53,441 nucleotides of DNA, from the NCBI GenBank assembly GCA_035706765.1, contig DASSUS010000093.1, positions 1 to 53,441 of the forward strand, read 5' to 3'. Source of the DNA: Gemmatimonadales bacterium. GTDB lineage: Bacteria > Gemmatimonadota > Gemmatimonadetes > Gemmatimonadales > GWC2-71-9. The notes beneath the pieces are model-generated. The model searched no databases. It saw nothing but the letters and a program-made list of their open reading frames with translations, and was not told the origin of the DNA. The position numbers and the translations under genes were made by a program. Position 1 is the stretch's first letter. Each line of letters begins with the position of its first letter. Below are positions 43,059 through 52,505 of the stretch, piece by piece.

Positions 43059-46000
43059 ATGGTTTCATTGCTTGTCGCTGTGCTGTTGAGCGCTCAACAG
43101 CCACCGCCGCCGCCTCCGCAGGACACCACCAAACGCGATACCACGAAGGTCAAGCTCGATTCGTTGCCGTTGAGAACGGCGCGCACCGTGAGCTTCGAGA
43201 CGTCCGAGGGCACCTGGATGTCGCTCGACGTCTCACCGGATGGGCGGACCATCGTGTTCGAGCTGCTCGGCGACATCTACACGATGCCGATCAGCGGCGG
43301 AACCGCGACGCGGCTCACGTCCGGGCCGGGATTCGATTCCCAGCCGCGCTGGTCTCCCGACGGCAAGCGCATCGTCTTTCTCTCCGACCGGAGCGGCGCC
43401 GAGAACGTGTGGCTGATGGACCCCGACGGCAGCAAGAGCAAGGCGCTGACCAAGGGCACCAACAATCTGTACGCGTCCCCGGAATGGACGCCGGATGGCA
43501 ACTACATCGTCGTGTCCCGCACCAGCGGCGTGCTCGGCAGCGTGTACGAGCTCTGGCTGATTCACAAGGACGGCGGATCGGGCGCGGCGATGCTGCGCGT
43601 CCAGGCCGGCCCGAACATGCCGCCGCCGATGAACACCCTCGGAGCCGCTTTCGGCAAGGATCCGCGCTATATCTGGGTCTCGCGCCACCGGGGCGGGTTC
43701 GGTTACAACCTCACCTATCCATTGTGGCAACTCGCTATCTACGACCGGCAGAACGGCCGGCTGTTTACGCAGACCGACGTGTTCGGGAGCGGGATGCGTC
43801 CGGCGTTGTCGTCGGACGGCAAGTGGCTCGTCTACGCCACGCGCTTCGACGCCGAGACCGGGCTGCGGCTGCGCGACCTGGCGAGCGGGGACGAGAAATG
43901 GCTCGTGTATCCCGTCACGCGCGACGATCAGGAGTCGCGTTTCACGCGCGACCTGTACCCGGGCTATTCGTTCACGGCGGACAATCAGGCCCTCATCGTT
44001 TCGATCGGCGGCAAGATTCAGCGAGTCGCGATCCCGTCGGGGCAGGTCACCGACATCCCGTTCACGGCGAAGGTGGACCAGCAGCTCGGGCCGATGGTGC
44101 ATGTCCCGACCCGCGTGGACACGGGCCAGGTGCTCGTGCGCCAGATCCGGAACGCGTCACCGTCTCCCGACGGCCGGCGGCTCGCCTTCAGCGCGCTCGA
44201 CCGGCTCTACGTGATGGATCTGCCGAATGGTATGCCGCGCCGTCTCACCAGCGATACGGTCAAGGAGCAGGTGCCGGCATGGTCGCCGGACGGGCAGTGG
44301 CTGGCGTATGTGACCTGGACCGATCAGGGCGGAACGCTCAACAAGATCAAGGCGAGCGGCGGCCGCCCCGTGCGGCTCACGAGCGACACCGCGTTCTACG
44401 ACACGCCGGTATGGTCCCCGGACGGCGCGCGGATCGTCGTGGTAAAAGGGCCGCGTGCGCCGAGAACTCAGGAGCACTTCGCGCCCGGCTACGAGATCGC
44501 CTGGGTGTCCGCCAACGGCGGGCCACTCACGAGGATCTCGCCGATCAACGGCTGGGGGCGGCCGCATTTCGCCCGCGATCCGAACCGGATCTACATCTAT
44601 GAGGGCCCCGAAGGGCTCGTCTCGATGCGCTACGACGGCACCGATCGCCGCGCGCACATCCGCGTCACGGGGTACACCTATCCCGGCCCGGGCGCTCAGC
44701 CCGATCCGGCCGGTGAGATCATCATCAATCCCGATTCGGACAAGGTGCTCGCGCAGGTCGGGAACTATGTGTACTCGGTCACGCTGCCGTTCATTGGCGG
44801 CGAGACGCCGACGGTCAACGTCTCCGATCCGAGCTCGTCGGCGTTTCCGGTCAAGCGGCTGACGCTGGTCGGCGGCGATTTCATCGGCTGGACACCGAGC
44901 GGGCGTCAGGCGTACTGGTCGATTGGGCGCTCGTTCCTGCGCTGGGATCCGGTGGTGTCGGATTCGATGGACCGGATCAAGCAACGCACCGATTCGATTC
45001 GCGCCGACTCGCTCAAGACCGATGCGTTCAAGGCGCTGGCCGACTCGGTGCAGAAGCGGTTGCGCGCGCGGTCCGATTCACTGGCCAAGCAGCCCGCGTA
45101 CACCCCGCAGCGCATCGATGTCGCGATCAGGGTTGCGCGCGACGTCCCGCGCGGGACGGTGGTGCTGCGCGGCGCGCGGGTCATCTCCATGAAGGGTGAT
45201 GAAATCATCGAGAATGGCGACGTGGTCGTCACCGACAATCGCATCGCCTCGGTCGGCCCACGGGGCGACGCGCCGGCGGGCGCGCGGGTGATCGACGTAT
45301 CGGGGAAAACGATCATCCCCGGCTTCGTCGACGTGCACGCGCACCCCTGGCCGACGTGGGGCATTCACGAAACCCAGGTCTGGAAGTACCTCGCGAACCT
45401 CGCCTGGGGCGTCACCACCACGCGCGATCCGCAGACCGCCACGACCGACGTGCTGACGTACGCCGATCTCGTGGAAACGGGCGAGATCCTCGGCCCGCGC
45501 GTTTATCACACCGGCCCGGGCGTGTTCTGGGACGAAGACTTCAAGAGTCTCGAGGATGCGCGCCAGGCGCTGCGCCGTTACAGCGAGTTCTACGGCGTCA
45601 ATACGATCAAGATGTACATGACCGGCAACCGGAAGCAGCGGCAGTGGGTCATCATGGCGGCCAAGGAGCTCGGTCTCATGCCGACGCTCGAAGGCGGGCT
45701 CGATTTCAAGATGAATCTCACCGCCGTGATCGACGGCTACCCGGGATCGGAGCACAGCTATCCGATCATGCCGCTGCATAAGGATGCCGTGCAGCTGATT
45801 GCGCAGTCGGGGATCACGTACACGCCGACGCTGCTCGTGGCGTACGGCGGGCCCTGGGCCGAAAACTATTTCTACCAGCACTTCGACATCCACGACAACG
45901 CGAAGGTGCGGCGCTTCATGCCGCACGACGAGATCGATCAGCGTGCCGAGCGCCGTCCGTGGGTGCGCGACAATCAGCATGTGTTCCCGCGGATCGCGGC

Positions 46001-46397
46001 CTCGGCAAACTCGATTCTGAAAGCCGGCGGGCGCATCGGCCTGGGCGGCCACGGCCAGATGGACGGCCTCGGCGATCACTGGGAGCTGTGGGCGATGCAG
46101 TCGGGCGGGATGGCGAACCACGACGTCCTCAAGGTCGCCACGATTAACGGCGCCAACGCGCTCGGCATGGAGCAGGACCTCGGCTCGCTCGAACCCGGCA
46201 AGCTGGCGGATCTGATCGTGCTCGATGCCAATCCGCTCGAGGACATCCACAACACGAATACGATCCGCTACGTGATGAAGAACGGCCGGCTGTACGAGGG
46301 CGAGACGCTGAACGAGATCTACCCTCGCCAGCGGACGCTGCCAAAGATGTGGTGGTGGAGCACTGAACCGCAGTCGCGAACTGAGACGCAACGCTAG
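43059..46397 (+). CDS. secreted PD40/TolB-like beta-propeller protein fused to a C-terminal amidohydrolase domain
   Basis: WSPDG/SPDG repeats occur several times in the N-terminal ~600 aa. The C-terminal part has PGFVDVHAHPW (HxH metal site) and LGGHGQMDG...GKLADLIVLDANPLEDI. Confidence 0.85.
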   Translation: MVSLLVAVLLSAQQPPPPPPQDTTKRDTTKVKLDSLPLRTARTVSFETSEGTWMSLDVSPDGRTIVFELLGDIYTMPISGGTATRLTSGPGFDSQPRWSPDGKRIVFLSDRSGAENVWLMDPDGSKSKALTKGTNNLYASPEWTPDGNYIVVSRTSGVLGSVYELWLIHKDGGSGAAMLRVQAGPNMPPPMNTLGAAFGKDPRYIWVSRHRGGFGYNLTYPLWQLAIYDRQNGRLFTQTDVFGSGMRPALSSDGKWLVYATRFDAETGLRLRDLASGDEKWLVYPVTRDDQESRFTRDLYPGYSFTADNQALIVSIGGKIQRVAIPSGQVTDIPFTAKVDQQLGPMVHVPTRVDTGQVLVRQIRNASPSPDGRRLAFSALDRLYVMDLPNGMPRRLTSDTVKEQVPAWSPDGQWLAYVTWTDQGGTLNKIKASGGRPVRLTSDTAFYDTPVWSPDGARIVVVKGPRAPRTQEHFAPGYEIAWVSANGGPLTRISPINGWGRPHFARDPNRIYIYEGPEGLVSMRYDGTDRRAHIRVTGYTYPGPGAQPDPAGEIIINPDSDKVLAQVGNYVYSVTLPFIGGETPTVNVSDPSSSAFPVKRLTLVGGDFIGWTPSGRQAYWSIGRSFLRWDPVVSDSMDRIKQRTDSIRADSLKTDAFKALADSVQKRLRARSDSLAKQPAYTPQRIDVAIRVARDVPRGTVVLRGARVISMKGDEIIENGDVVVTDNRIASVGPRGDAPAGARVIDVSGKTIIPGFVDVHAHPWPTWGIHETQVWKYLANLAWGVTTTRDPQTATTDVLTYADLVETGEILGPRVYHTGPGVFWDEDFKSLEDARQALRRYSEFYGVNTIKMYMTGNRKQRQWVIMAAKELGLMPTLEGGLDFKMNLTAVIDGYPGSEHSYPIMPLHKDAVQLIAQSGITYTPTLLVAYGGPWAENYFYQHFDIHDNAKVRRFMPHDEIDQRAERRPWVRDNQHVFPRIAASANSILKAGGRIGLGGHGQMDGLGDHWELWAMQSGGMANHDVLKVATINGANALGMEQDLGSLEPGKLADLIVLDANPLEDIHNTNTIRYVMKNGRLYEGETLNEIYPRQRTLPKMWWWSTEPQSRTETQR

Positions 46398-46409
46398 GAC
46401 AGGCAAAGG

Positions 46410-46504
46410 CTAGACGCACAGACGCGCAGCGGTGAACGGGTGACAGTAAGAGAGGACAACCTGTTGCCTACAGCCTGTTTACCGCTGTGCGTCTGCGCGT
46501 CTAG
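46410..46504. repeat. AGACGCRC-unit hairpin (28-nt arms, 39-nt loop)
   Basis: ctagacgcacagacgcgcagcggtgaac (46410-37) pairs with gtttaccgctgtgcgtctgcgcgtctag (46477-504). This gives 25 Watson-Crick pairs, 2 G:U and 1 A:C, counted by eye. A related gagacgca lies in the last codons of the upstream CDS (46384-46391). Confidence 0.9.
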
Positions 46505-46706
46505 TCGGTGCAGGTCCTTGGTTTTCGGGGATCGTGGCGTTAGCTTTCCCCTCGCAACGAACCGCGAGCTGGCTCCTTCCGGAAGTCCCGCTCAGGGACT
46601 CCGTCGCTGAACACACGCACGGTACTTCTCCCTCAGGTTCAAAACTGAAGCAGCGCTGAGACTCGGAGGACATTGGGTCGCCTGACGGCGCGCGTGTGTA
46701 ACTGCT

Positions 46707-46749
46707 GGACGCACAGGCGCAAGAGACGCACAGACGCGCGGTGCTCTAG
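46707..46749. repeat. third, direct copy of the AGACGCRC unit array immediately upstream of the DEAD-box helicase start
   Basis: The 16 nt agacgcacagacgcgc at 46724-46739 are identical to 46412-46427. They are preceded by the degenerate units ggacgca/caggcgca and end in CTAG, like the other two copies. Confidence 0.9.
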
Positions 46750-46760
46750 GGAAAGATTGT

Positions 46761-47972
46761 ATGCCATTTGCAGCACTGGGCCTCGCGCCCGAACTGGTTC
46801 GCGCGGTCGCCGATGAAGGCTACGCGCAGCCCACTCCCATCCAGACCGAGGCGATCCCGCTCGCGCTTGCGGGCCGCGATCTCATCGGATCGGCGCAGAC
46901 CGGCACGGGCAAAACCGCCGCGTTCGTATTGCCGATTCTGCAGCGGCTCTCGGAGGGCAAGCGCGGCATCCTGCGCGCGCTGATCCTCGTCCCGACGCGC
47001 GAGCTGGCGGAGCAGGTCGCCACCAGCATCCGTGCCTACGGACGTCACACTCATCTCAAGGGCGCCGCGGTGTACGGCGGCGTCGGGATGGACCCGCAGA
47101 CCCGCGCGCTGAAGCACGGCGTCGACATCGTCGTCGCGACGCCGGGGCGGCTGCTGGATCACATGGAGCGCGGTCACGCCGATTTCTCCGAGCTCGAGAT
47201 TCTCGTGCTCGACGAAGCGGACCGGATGCTCGACATGGGGTTCGCGCCCGACGTGAAGCGCATCCTCAACGCGCTCCCCGACGAGCGGCAGACGATGCTC
47301 TTCTCGGCGACGGTGTCGCCCGAGGTCGACGCGCTCGCCCGGCGCGCGCTCAACGGCCACGCGTCGGTGGAGATCGGCCGGCGCGCGCAGGCGGCTGAGG
47401 GGATCGAGCACGTGATCGTCGCGTGCGACAAGCTCCAGAAGCGCGGCGCACTCGCGGCGATTCTCAAGGCGAAGCCGGCCGGTCAGACGCTGATCTTCAC
47501 GCGCACCAAGTTCGGGGCCGACAAGCTGGCCACGTTCCTGAAGCGCGAGGGGATTCATGCGAATGCCCTGCACGGCGACAAGGCGCAGAGCAATCGCATC
47601 CGGACGCTGAATCAGTTCCGGGACGGCTCCGCCGAAATCCTGGTCGCGACCGACATCGCGGCGCGCGGGATCGACGTGGAAGGGATCCGGATGGTGGTGA
47701 ACTTCGACGTGCCCACCGATCCCGAGGTGTACGTGCACCGGGTCGGCCGTACCGCACGGGCCGGGGCGCGTGGGCTCGCGCTCACGCTGATCTCGCCCGA
47801 TGAGTGGCTGCTCATGGCGGACGTCGAGCGGCTGATCGGGCAGACGTTCCCGCGGGAGGTGATTCCGGGGTTCGAGCCGTCGGTGGCGCCGTTGCAGCCG
47901 CGGACGGCTGAGACAGAAGCCGCGAAGCCCGAGCGGTCGATGAGGCCGCGGAGGGGCGGTAAGAGACGGTAG
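46761..47972 (+). CDS. DEAD-box ATP-dependent RNA helicase (RhlE-like)
   Basis: Q-motif region, AQTGTGKTAAF, VLDEADRMLD, SAT and HRVGRTARAG, with a basic C-terminal tail. Confidence 0.95.
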   Translation: MPFAALGLAPELVRAVADEGYAQPTPIQTEAIPLALAGRDLIGSAQTGTGKTAAFVLPILQRLSEGKRGILRALILVPTRELAEQVATSIRAYGRHTHLKGAAVYGGVGMDPQTRALKHGVDIVVATPGRLLDHMERGHADFSELEILVLDEADRMLDMGFAPDVKRILNALPDERQTMLFSATVSPEVDALARRALNGHASVEIGRRAQAAEGIEHVIVACDKLQKRGALAAILKAKPAGQTLIFTRTKFGADKLATFLKREGIHANALHGDKAQSNRIRTLNQFRDGSAEILVATDIAARGIDVEGIRMVVNFDVPTDPEVYVHRVGRTARAGARGLALTLISPDEWLLMADVERLIGQTFPREVIPGFEPSVAPLQPRTAETEAAKPERSMRPRRGGKRR

Positions 47973-48050
47973 AGGACGGTAAAACGGTAGAGGACGGTAG
48001 GAGTCTTTACCCTTACCGTCCTCTACCGTCACCTACCGTCTTCTACCGTC
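47955..48050. repeat. GACGGTA-unit hairpin spanning both convergent stop codons
   Basis: Left units: ggcggta at 47955, gacggta at 47965 and 47975, aacggta at 47983 and gacggta at 47993. Right units: taccgtc at 48014, 48024, 48034 and 48044. The helicase stop TAG (47970-72) and the GYD stop (48049-51) lie inside the arms. Confidence 0.9.
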
Positions 48051-48342
48051 AGTCTCTGGTTTTCAGCGTCCGTATGAAATTCGCAACCGGCGTCGCGGCC
48101 AGCGTCAGCAGCCGGATACTTCCCCGCGACGCCAGCTCCACGGACACGCGCGCGATCGTTTCGTTGTCCGGGCACTCCACGATGCTGACGAAGTCGTAGG
48201 GGCCGAGCACCGCGTATTGCGAGGTGACCTTGGCCCCGTACTTCTCGATTTCCTTGTTCACTTCCTGCAGCCGCTTCGGGTTCGCCTTCAGCGATTTGGC
48301 GCCTTCGTCCGTCAGATTCGACAGCAGGATGTAGGTGGGCAT
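48049..48342 (-). CDS. GYD domain protein
   Basis: The ATG at 48342 gives MPTYILLSNLTDEGAKSLKANPKRLQEVNKEIEKYGAKV...GPYDFVSIVECPDNETIARVSVEL, typical of the GYD family. Confidence 0.85.
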   Translation of the reverse strand: MPTYILLSNLTDEGAKSLKANPKRLQEVNKEIEKYGAKVTSQYAVLGPYDFVSIVECPDNETIARVSVELASRGSIRLLTLAATPVANFIRTLKTRD

Positions 48343-48352
48343 GGGAACTCCC

Positions 48353-48475
48353 AAAAGGCGTCGAGAAAAGGCGTCGAGCAATAACGTCGAGCGAAAACGT
48401 CAAGCGACAGCGTAATGCTAGCACGTCTACACGATTTTGCTTGACGGTTCTTCCAGACGGTTTTTCGAGACGGTC

Positions 48476-48478
<3 letters not shown>
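48353..48478. repeat. 13-nt-period tandem array (5 units) and inverted 13-nt array (3 units) between the GYD start and the citrate synthase stop
   Basis: Left units at 48353-48417: aaaaggcgtcgag x2, caataacgtcgag, cgaaaacgtcaag, cgacagcgtaatg. Right units at 48440-48478: cttgacggttctt, ccagacggttttt, cgagacggtctta. The last unit contains the gltA stop at 48476-78. Confidence 0.85.
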
Positions 48479-49762
<1,284 letters not shown>

Positions 49763-49808
49763 TACGCGGATCCTGGATGTGTGGAGGCGAAAAGATAACT
49801 GGATGGAA

Positions 49809-49870
49809 GCTATCGGCCATCGGCTATCAGCTATCAGCTATCGGTTGCCCGATAGCCGATAGCCGATAGC
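49809..49870. repeat. tandem-heptamer hairpin (GCTATCR x5 / CGATAGC x3) in a divergent promoter region
   Basis: Left units at 49809-49843: gctatcg gccatcg gctatca gctatca gctatcg. Right units at 49850-49870: cgatagc x3. A 22-bp stem (49823-44 with 49849-70) contains two A:C mismatches on the plus strand, which become G:U pairs on the minus strand. Confidence 0.9.
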
Positions 49871-49886
49871 TCTCTTATCTTGCCGC

Positions 49887-50537
49887 ATGACCCAACCCCG
49901 CCCGAGCCTCTACCCCACCCGCTCCAGTGCCGGCGCGTTGCTGGGACAGCAGCTCGCCGCCCGCGGCTACCAAGCCTGTCTCCTGCTGGGAATTACGCCG
50001 GAGGGCGTCGAGATCGCGGCGCACGCGGCCAAAGCGATGGGCGCGCAGTTCGACGTGATCGTCGCGTCGTTCATCAAGCTCGGCGCCAATCTGGCGCCGG
50101 TCGGCGCGATGGCCGAATCGGCCCCCGCCGAAATGGATCCCGATTTTCAGCCGGGCATGAATCTGCTCGAGAAGCTGCAGGCGGCGATCGACGAGTCGCG
50201 CGCGCGCGTGAAGCAGGATCTCGTGCTCTATCGGACGCAGCGGCCGGTGAAGAAACTGGAAGGGCGCACCGGCGTGATCGTCGACGGGCAGATCGTGTGG
50301 CCGTGGAAAGCGCTCGCGGCCGCGAAGGCCGTCGAGGGACTCGGCGCGCGCGAAGTCGTGATCGCGACGCCCGTGGCCGCCCAGCCGGCTGCCGACCGGA
50401 TTCGCGCGCGCCAATACGCGCTGGTGTGTCCGACGGTGGTCATGGAGCAAGAAGGGCATCCTTCGCCGTATGGTGATGCCGGCGCGGATGCCCCCGAGCG
50501 GTTGAAAAGCATCATGATTGCGCACCAGGCCGCCTAG
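49887..50537 (+). CDS. phosphoribosyltransferase-like protein (PRPP loop appears degenerate)
   Basis: The overall layout resembles standalone 'putative phosphoribosyl transferase' proteins (LLGITPEGVEIAAHAAKAMGAQFDVIV...). However, the expected VDDGxATG loop reads VIVDGQIVWPW. No clear Shine-Dalgarno. Confidence 0.5.
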   Translation: MTQPRPSLYPTRSSAGALLGQQLAARGYQACLLLGITPEGVEIAAHAAKAMGAQFDVIVASFIKLGANLAPVGAMAESAPAEMDPDFQPGMNLLEKLQAAIDESRARVKQDLVLYRTQRPVKKLEGRTGVIVDGQIVWPWKALAAAKAVEGLGAREVVIATPVAAQPAADRIRARQYALVCPTVVMEQEGHPSPYGDAGADAPERLKSIMIAHQAA

Positions 50538-50543
50538 CGCGCG

Positions 50544-52415
50544 TTAGTCGGTCAGCTCGACAATATCCCTTTCGAGCCAGCGATGCTCTCCGGCCAGGAC
50601 TTCCTGGGCGAATTTGTACGTCGGCACGTCTTCATTGCGGCGTAGCCCGTTGAACTTCGAGCGGACCCGGCGCCGGGCCTGGCGACAAAACAGATCGGCC
50701 AGCTTGATCGCGCGGGCGCCCGCGGCCTCGTCCTTTGACAGGACCGCCTGCGCGCGCGAGCAGGTCGCGGCCATCGCGAACAGCTCGCCGGCGACGTCCA
50801 CCAGGCGGAACAACACCGACTGCCGCTGCTCGAGCTTCGGGCCGAAACGGACCATCGAGTGGAACACGCTGCGCGCCAGCCGGCGGGCGCTGCGCTCGAC
50901 GAACCGCACGTGCGCCGCGAGCTTGCCGAACTCGGAGTAGCGCGGCCAGCGGCCCCAACCCGCCCAGCGGGTCGGATACCACCAGCCGTAGAACGCGGCC
51001 GAGCGGATGAGACCGGCCAGACGCTGCTGCGCCGTCTTGCCCGGCATCACGACGTCGCCCGCGACCTGGAGGTGCTTGTCCACGGCCTCGCGCGCGATGA
51101 AGAGATGCATGATCTCCGAAGAGCCCTCGAAAATCAGATTGATCCGGAAATCGCGCATGATGCGCTCGACGGGAATCGCCTGCTCGCCCCGGGCCCGCAA
51201 CGAATCGGCGGTTTCGTACCCCCGTCCGCCGCGAATCTGGAGCGTGTCGTCGATGATCTGCCAGCCGGCTTCGGAGTTGTACAGCTTGGCGATCGCCGCC
51301 TCGAGCCGGATGTCGTAGCCGCCGCGCTCGGCCATCGCGCCGCACAGCTCCGCGACCGCTTCCATCGCGAAGGTGTTCGCGGCCATCGTGCCGATCTTCT
51401 GCGCGATCGCGTCATGCTGGCCGATCGGGCGGCCCCACTGCACGCGCTCCGCCGACCAGCGGCGCGCGATCTCGAGGCAGCGCTTGCCCGCGGCCACGGA
51501 TGAAATCGGCAGCGTGAGCCGGCCGGTGTTCAGCGTGATGAGCGCGAGCTTCAGCCCCTTGCCCTCACCCCAGAGCACGTTCTCCTTGGGCACGCGCACG
51601 TTGGTGAAGCGAATCACGCCGTTGTACAGCGCCTTGAGCCCCATGAAGTGGCAGCGATGCACGACCTCGACGCCCGGCCAGTCCGTCTCCACGATGAAGG
51701 CGGTGATCTGCTTCTTTTCCTTCCCGTTCACCCGCTTGGACGGCGTCCGCGCCATCACGACGAGCAGCGCCGCCTTGGTGCCGTTGGTGCACCACAGTTT
51801 CTCGCCGTTCAGGATCCACGAGTCGCCGTCGTCGCTCAGGATCGCGTTGGTTTCCATCGCGGCCGGATCGGAGCCGACGCCGTGCTCGGTCAACGCGAAC
51901 GCGGAGATCGCCCCCTTGGCGAGGCGGGGGAAATATTTCTTCTTCTGGGCCTCGGTCCCGAACATCTTGAGCGGCTGCGGCACGCCGATCGACTGGTGGG
52001 CCGAGAGCAGCGCGGTGATAGAGCCGTCGACGGACGAGACCAGCTCGATCGCTTTCATGTAGGAGAGCTGCGAGAGTCCCAGCCCGCCGTACTCGCGGGG
52101 GATCTTGATGCCGAACGCGCCGAGCTGCCTCAGGCCCTCGACGACCTTGTCGGGGATCTCCCCTTCGCGATCGATCTTATCGGAGTCGACTTCCTCGCGC
52201 AGGAACCGCTCGAGCTTATCGAGGAACGGCTTGGCGCGGGCGACTTCATCGGGATCCTGCTCGGGGTAGGGATGGATCAGATCCATCCGCAATTTGCCGA
52301 GGAACAGGTCACGCACGAAGCTGGGCGCGGCCCATTGCTCTTCCCGCGCCGCTTCGGCGACCTCGCGCGCCTCTTCGGCGCTGACTTTACGCTTGGGTTC
52401 GAGGAGGGTGGCCAT
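50544..52415 (-). CDS. long-type acyl-CoA dehydrogenase family protein (623 aa)
   Basis: Contains AFALTEHGVGSDPAAMETNA, WILNGEKLWCTNG and IRGGRGYE, plus a C-terminal helical extension as in VLCAD/ACAD9-type enzymes. Confidence 0.9.
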   Translation of the reverse strand: MATLLEPKRKVSAEEAREVAEAAREEQWAAPSFVRDLFLGKLRMDLIHPYPEQDPDEVARAKPFLDKLERFLREEVDSDKIDREGEIPDKVVEGLRQLGAFGIKIPREYGGLGLSQLSYMKAIELVSSVDGSITALLSAHQSIGVPQPLKMFGTEAQKKKYFPRLAKGAISAFALTEHGVGSDPAAMETNAILSDDGDSWILNGEKLWCTNGTKAALLVVMARTPSKRVNGKEKKQITAFIVETDWPGVEVVHRCHFMGLKALYNGVIRFTNVRVPKENVLWGEGKGLKLALITLNTGRLTLPISSVAAGKRCLEIARRWSAERVQWGRPIGQHDAIAQKIGTMAANTFAMEAVAELCGAMAERGGYDIRLEAAIAKLYNSEAGWQIIDDTLQIRGGRGYETADSLRARGEQAIPVERIMRDFRINLIFEGSSEIMHLFIAREAVDKHLQVAGDVVMPGKTAQQRLAGLIRSAAFYGWWYPTRWAGWGRWPRYSEFGKLAAHVRFVERSARRLARSVFHSMVRFGPKLEQRQSVLFRLVDVAGELFAMAATCSRAQAVLSKDEAAGARAIKLADLFCRQARRRVRSKFNGLRRNEDVPTYKFAQEVLAGEHRWLERDIVELTD

Positions 52416-52505
52416 CTCCCTTAATCTAACACCTTGCGACCCGATTCAGACCGCGGTTTCTTCAACACGTTCAGCCCGCCGTCAGCCTTCATGAAGGAGT
52501 TCCCC

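Noticed and set aside
46479-46673. 64-aa minus-strand ORF in the long intergenic region
   Set aside because: It has no Shine-Dalgarno and starts inside a repeat arm. Its composition is unremarkable and its sequence is explained by RNA-structure-like palindromes. It is not supportable as a gene.
46612-46700. SRP (4.5S) RNA-like motif UCAGGU...GAAGCAGC inside an ~88-nt hairpin. A tRNA T-loop-like GGTTCAAAA is also present.
   Set aside because: The apical loop is not a GNRA tetraloop (UUCAAAACUGA instead of UCCGGAAGGA). The flanking bases pair as a simple CUCAG/CUGAG stem rather than forming the conserved symmetric and asymmetric loops. There is no acceptor or anticodon arm for a tRNA. An Infernal scan would settle it.
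48416-48423. TGCTAGCA palindrome resembling the TGCTA/TAGCA half-sites of the second BlaI operator
   Set aside because: The half-sites have zero spacing, versus 6 nt at the operator. An 8-bp palindrome can easily arise by chance. This is no basis for assigning it to the BlaI regulon without a binding test.
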